The position numbers were made by a program, and so were the translations under genes. From assembly GCA_963827275.1 (NCBI GenBank), contig CAWHAA010000004.1, positions 320,001 to 384,000 on the forward strand: DNA of 64,000 nucleotides, in the 5' to 3' direction. The notes under the pieces were generated by a model. That model was not told where the DNA came from, searched no databases, and saw only the letters and a list, made by a program, of their open reading frames with translations. The DNA is from an uncultured Spirochaetota bacterium (GTDB lineage: Bacteria; Spirochaetota; UBA4802; UBA5550). How positions within the stretch are numbered: position 1 is the stretch's first letter; every line of letters begins with the position of its first letter. Of the stretch, positions 60,492 through 64,000 are shown one piece after another.

Positions 60492-62992
60492 CTACAAGCC
60501 GCTCATGAATTTTCGTATCTTGGCGCTGTATTCCTCGATGATGGCGTCGCGCGCCTCGGTTGAATCCCCGTCCCCGTACAGGTGGAGCGCGGGTGGGACG
60601 CATCGGGGAGCACCAGCACCCAGGCATGCTCCTCGTTTATCCGATGCCGTCAATCACTTCAACATTTTTTTGGCGGCGTCCTCGGAAAGCGTCCGCATGA
60701 CCGCGGCCTTTTCGTCGGTGGTGCAGTATATGGAGGTGTGGAGATGTTCCCCTTCGGGAGGCGTCGGCTTTATCTCGTGCAGCGAGGCGTTTTCCAGGGT
60801 CGAGGAATTCAAGCAGCCGGAGGAAGACGATCATGGGATCGTACCGGAGCTCCAGGAAAGGGAATGCTTCCCCGTGGCCGTCCAGGAAAATATCGCGTCA
60901 CGCCTCCGGGCGCCCGGAGGGCGGTGCTCGGTGCGCGCTCCATCCTGCCGCCGCCGTCCCGTGATCATCCGCTCGAGGGTCATGGAGGCGTCACGGGCAC
61001 GTTTATGATCCGGTCTCGTTCCGGTGTTTCAGGTGGTAGCGGCAGAGGATCGCGATGATGTCCTCGTCGGTGAGGATCTGCCCCGTCTCGTCCACCACGA
61101 TGATGTGGTTGCTGTGCGGGCCCACGATCACGCCGATCTCGCGGTTCATCCGCGACATCTTCGTGATGTTTTCTATTGCGTCGCGGGTGTCGGATTTCGT
61201 CTCTTCCTCGCTCGTGAATTCCCTGATCTGCCCGCGCAGGACCATCGTCTCGCAGCCGTAATCAGTCAGGAGCTCCGGGAAGCACGCGCGAGGCGGTCCC
61301 GTTGAAGCAGTCCGCGATGACCTTGCGCCTGTTTCCCGCCGGGAGGGCCCCGCGCAGGTAATGTCGCGCGTTCTGTATGTAGGATTCCACGTGATGGCTC
61401 GGGTAGACGAGCTTGCCGGTGTCGAAGGCCTCCTTGCTCGGGTAAGTCGCCGCGGAAGAAGATGTTTTCGATCTTTTTCTCGTCACCCAGCGATACCTGG
61501 AAGCCGTGCCGGTCGAAGAGCCGTATCTGGATGAACTGGAGTTCGGTGAGCGGCGCTATCTGGATGTAGGCGCCCATGTCGGCGTTCAGGAATCTGGTGC
61601 GTATAGCGGTTCACCGGCACGGACTCGATTTCCATGTCGTACACGTCGACGCCCATGGAGAGGAGCCCGGCGGTGAAGGCGCGCATGATGAGGCGCGCCG
61701 CCGATCGTGGTGTCGCGGCTCACGGTGATCTTTGCGTTCCTGCCGAGGAATGCGCCGATGGCCGCGCCGAGCTTCGAGGCGAATTCCGGGGTGATCTTGA
61801 CGTTGAAGGTGCCGACGATGCCCTCTGCGCCGAAGAGCGTCTTCTTCTCGCGCTGGCCCCATACGATGTCCTCGGAGAGCTTCGTCCCCTGCTCGATGTA
61901 CTTGTCGGGCCATATCCGGATGCCGCTCGCGATCTCCACTCCCTCCGCCGATGCGGCAGTCGTCGCTGATCACGCAGCCTTCGTAGACCGCCACGTGCTG
62001 CTCCAGGACGCAGCGCTTCCCGATCACGGCGCCGCGGAGCTCGCATCCGGGGGCCGATGACGGTGTTGTGGAGTATGATCGACTTTGCGGACTGACGCGT
62101 TCTCCTCGACCACGCAGTTGTCCCCGACCACCGATGACTCGGAGATTTCAGCCCCCTCCTTGATCTTCACGAAGTCGCCGATTATCACCGGTCCCCTGAT
62201 GACCGCGCCGGGATGGATCTCCACGTCCCTGCCGACCCATATGTCAGGGGCTATTTTTTTTCCGGGGAATTCGATGCCGACCCTGCCCCCGAGGATGTCG
62301 TTGTGGACGTCGGTGTAGGCGGAGAGGGTGCCGATATCGCACCAGTATCCGTCGGCAATGTAGCCGTACAGTGGAATGCCGATCCCCTGGAGACGGGGGA
62401 AGAGGTCAAGGGAAAAATCGTACTTCGTTTCATCCGGCACATGCTCGTGGATGACGGCGGCATCCACGATATACAGCCCCGTGTTGGCCGTGTCGCTGAA
62501 CACTTCGCTCCACGACGGCTTTTCAAGGAAACGCTCGATCCGGCCGTCCTCCGCGGTGATGACGATCCCGTATTCGGTGGGCGTGCTCACCCTCTTTAAA
62601 ACAATGGTAAACACTGACCCGGTGCGTTTATTGAATGCGAGGATGTCCGCGAGGTTGAAATCGATGATCCCGTCGCCGGACAGCACCAGCACCGTACCGG
62701 AAAAATCGCCGATCGCTTTTTCGACGCCGCCGGCGGTGCCGAGCGGCGTCTCTTCCAGGGAATAGGATATCGAGACGCCCCATTCCGAGCCGTCGCCGAA
62801 GTAGTTCTGTATATTTTCCGGCAGGTAGTAGAGGCTGATGACGATGTCTCTGATGCCGTGGCGTTTCAGAAGATTTATGGTATGCTCAAGCACCGGCTTG
62901 TTGATGACCGGGACCATCGGCTTTGACCGGTTACAGGTGAGCGGCCTGAGCCGCGTGCCTTCCCCTCCCGCCATGATGACCGCTTTGACCAT
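60492..62992 (-). CDS. Mannose-1-phosphate guanylyltransferase / LbH / phosphomannomutase-like fusion; heavily frameshifted 3' part
   Basis: AVIMAGGEGTRLRPLT, EKP and YWCDIG motifs; hexapeptide repeats; LFGAEGIVG..ITPEFASKLG..VSRD. Confidence 0.85.
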
Positions 62993-63186
62993 TAACCCGC
63001 TCCTCGTCAGTGTAGTGCCGCGTATTGGAACCGGAAGCCGGAAAGACCGTGACATGTTCATGCAAAGGACGCCCTGACAGGGACGCACGGTTTGTGCAGG
63101 ACGCAACGCCTGGAGAAATTAGTCTGTCAGGTTGATACGGAATGTCAACCAGATTCTTACGCTGAAAACGCGCGGAACGGGGGACC

Positions 63187-63702
63187 TCAGTACCGGTATA
63201 CCACCCTGCCTATCACGGCATCGCCCGGTATCGCACCGAGGGCCCGGCTGTCAAATCCGCCGTCAAGGGTATCGCTCAGCACGAAATAGCTGTTCCTGGC
63301 CATTTTCACGGCCGGCATGTTGTCCCTGAAGGTAACATTCATCGGGAACACCCGGCTGTCAGCGGACCTCGTTTTCCAGGGGAAATTGAACCTGCTGTTG
63401 TTGACGAGGAACGCCTTGTTCCTGATCTCCACCGTGTCGCCTTCCGCGGCGGCGATCCTCTTGATGAGCACGCGCCCCGGCTCAGCCGGGCTCTCGAGCA
63501 GGACGATATCGCCCCGCTTCGGCGTGATGTGCTTGAGGATTATCACCCGGTCTCCCGCTTTCAGGTTCGGCTCCATGGAGGAGTCCGCGACCCGGAAGGG
63601 CATGAAGAAGAGGCGGCAGACAAGGAAGCCAGCGATGATGCCGCCGGCCGCGGAGAGTATCTTGATGAGTATGCCCGTCCCCTGTTGTTCCTTCTGGTAC
63701 AT
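63187..63702 (-). CDS. lepB: Signal peptidase I
   Basis: SSMEPNL (catalytic Ser), IKRI (catalytic Lys) and DSR motifs; N-terminal TM segment. Confidence 0.9.
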   Translation of the reverse strand: MYQKEQQGTGILIKILSAAGGIIAGFLVCRLFFMPFRVADSSMEPNLKAGDRVIILKHITPKRGDIVLLESPAEPGRVLIKRIAAAEGDTVEIRNKAFLVNNSRFNFPWKTRSADSRVFPMNVTFRDNMPAVKMARNSYFVLSDTLDGGFDSRALGAIPGDAVIGRVVYRY

Positions 63703-64000
63703 GTCTGCTCCCGGTGCGAGTGGTGGTGTGAATATGGATAACGATAACGGCGCCGTGAAATAAATCAATACAAAATCAGGAGAGGATTATGTCATGATAC
63801 ATAATGCAACATGGTCACCGGCAGTACTATATCCCAAGAATGCACTCCCTTATACATTAATTTCTTGACAAGTATGCCAAAATTATATTATTTATTATTC
63901 AAATAGCTGATTATTTTTACTATTCATAACAGGATAGTACATCCGATTTTTTATGGCCGTACCGGCTCCATACTTTATATTTTATACTAAATTTTAACTA

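Noticed and set aside
62993..63186. c-di-GMP or other riboswitch in the 190-nt leader
   Set aside because: No GEMM consensus; only a short hairpin overlapping a minus-strand TTGACA.

Overview
A 64-kb core-genome window from a moderately GC-rich bacterium with AT-rich intergenic spacers. Protein signatures point to Spirochaetota, most likely a Leptospira-related lineage (inference from an insertion in L14, a shortened L1 loop, the RpoA N-terminus and alphaCTD, and Leptospira-like lipoproteins). Bases 1-29.4 kb hold one fused translation/transcription supercluster: rplKAJL-rpoBC, rpsLG-fusA-tuf, S10, spc (no adk/map) and the alpha operon. Bases 29.5-64 kb hold an exported-protein/DUF2225/truA/outer-membrane protein/lipoprotein block, ask-ddl-HAD-pssA-oxidoreductase-moaC, CIRCE-regulated groESL, an uncharacterised five-gene run headed by a STAS-HATPase and a STAS-wHTH protein, and cell-envelope genes. 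About 15 frameshifts in essential genes (2.5-13.3 kb) and many more at 59.4-62.1 kb are almost certainly long-read indel errors. No rRNA, tRNA, CRISPR array, transposase or prophage was seen. Best leads: a candidate partner-switching module whose STAS domain is fused to a winged helix (42.9-46.8 kb); an intact ADP-ribosylglycohydrolase homologue lacking the catalytic Asp motifs; a str-operon EF-G with degenerate domain IV loops, separated from rpsG by a structured insert; and a structured RNA-like element between rpsD and rpoA. All family assignments come from motif recognition and recall, not from database searches.
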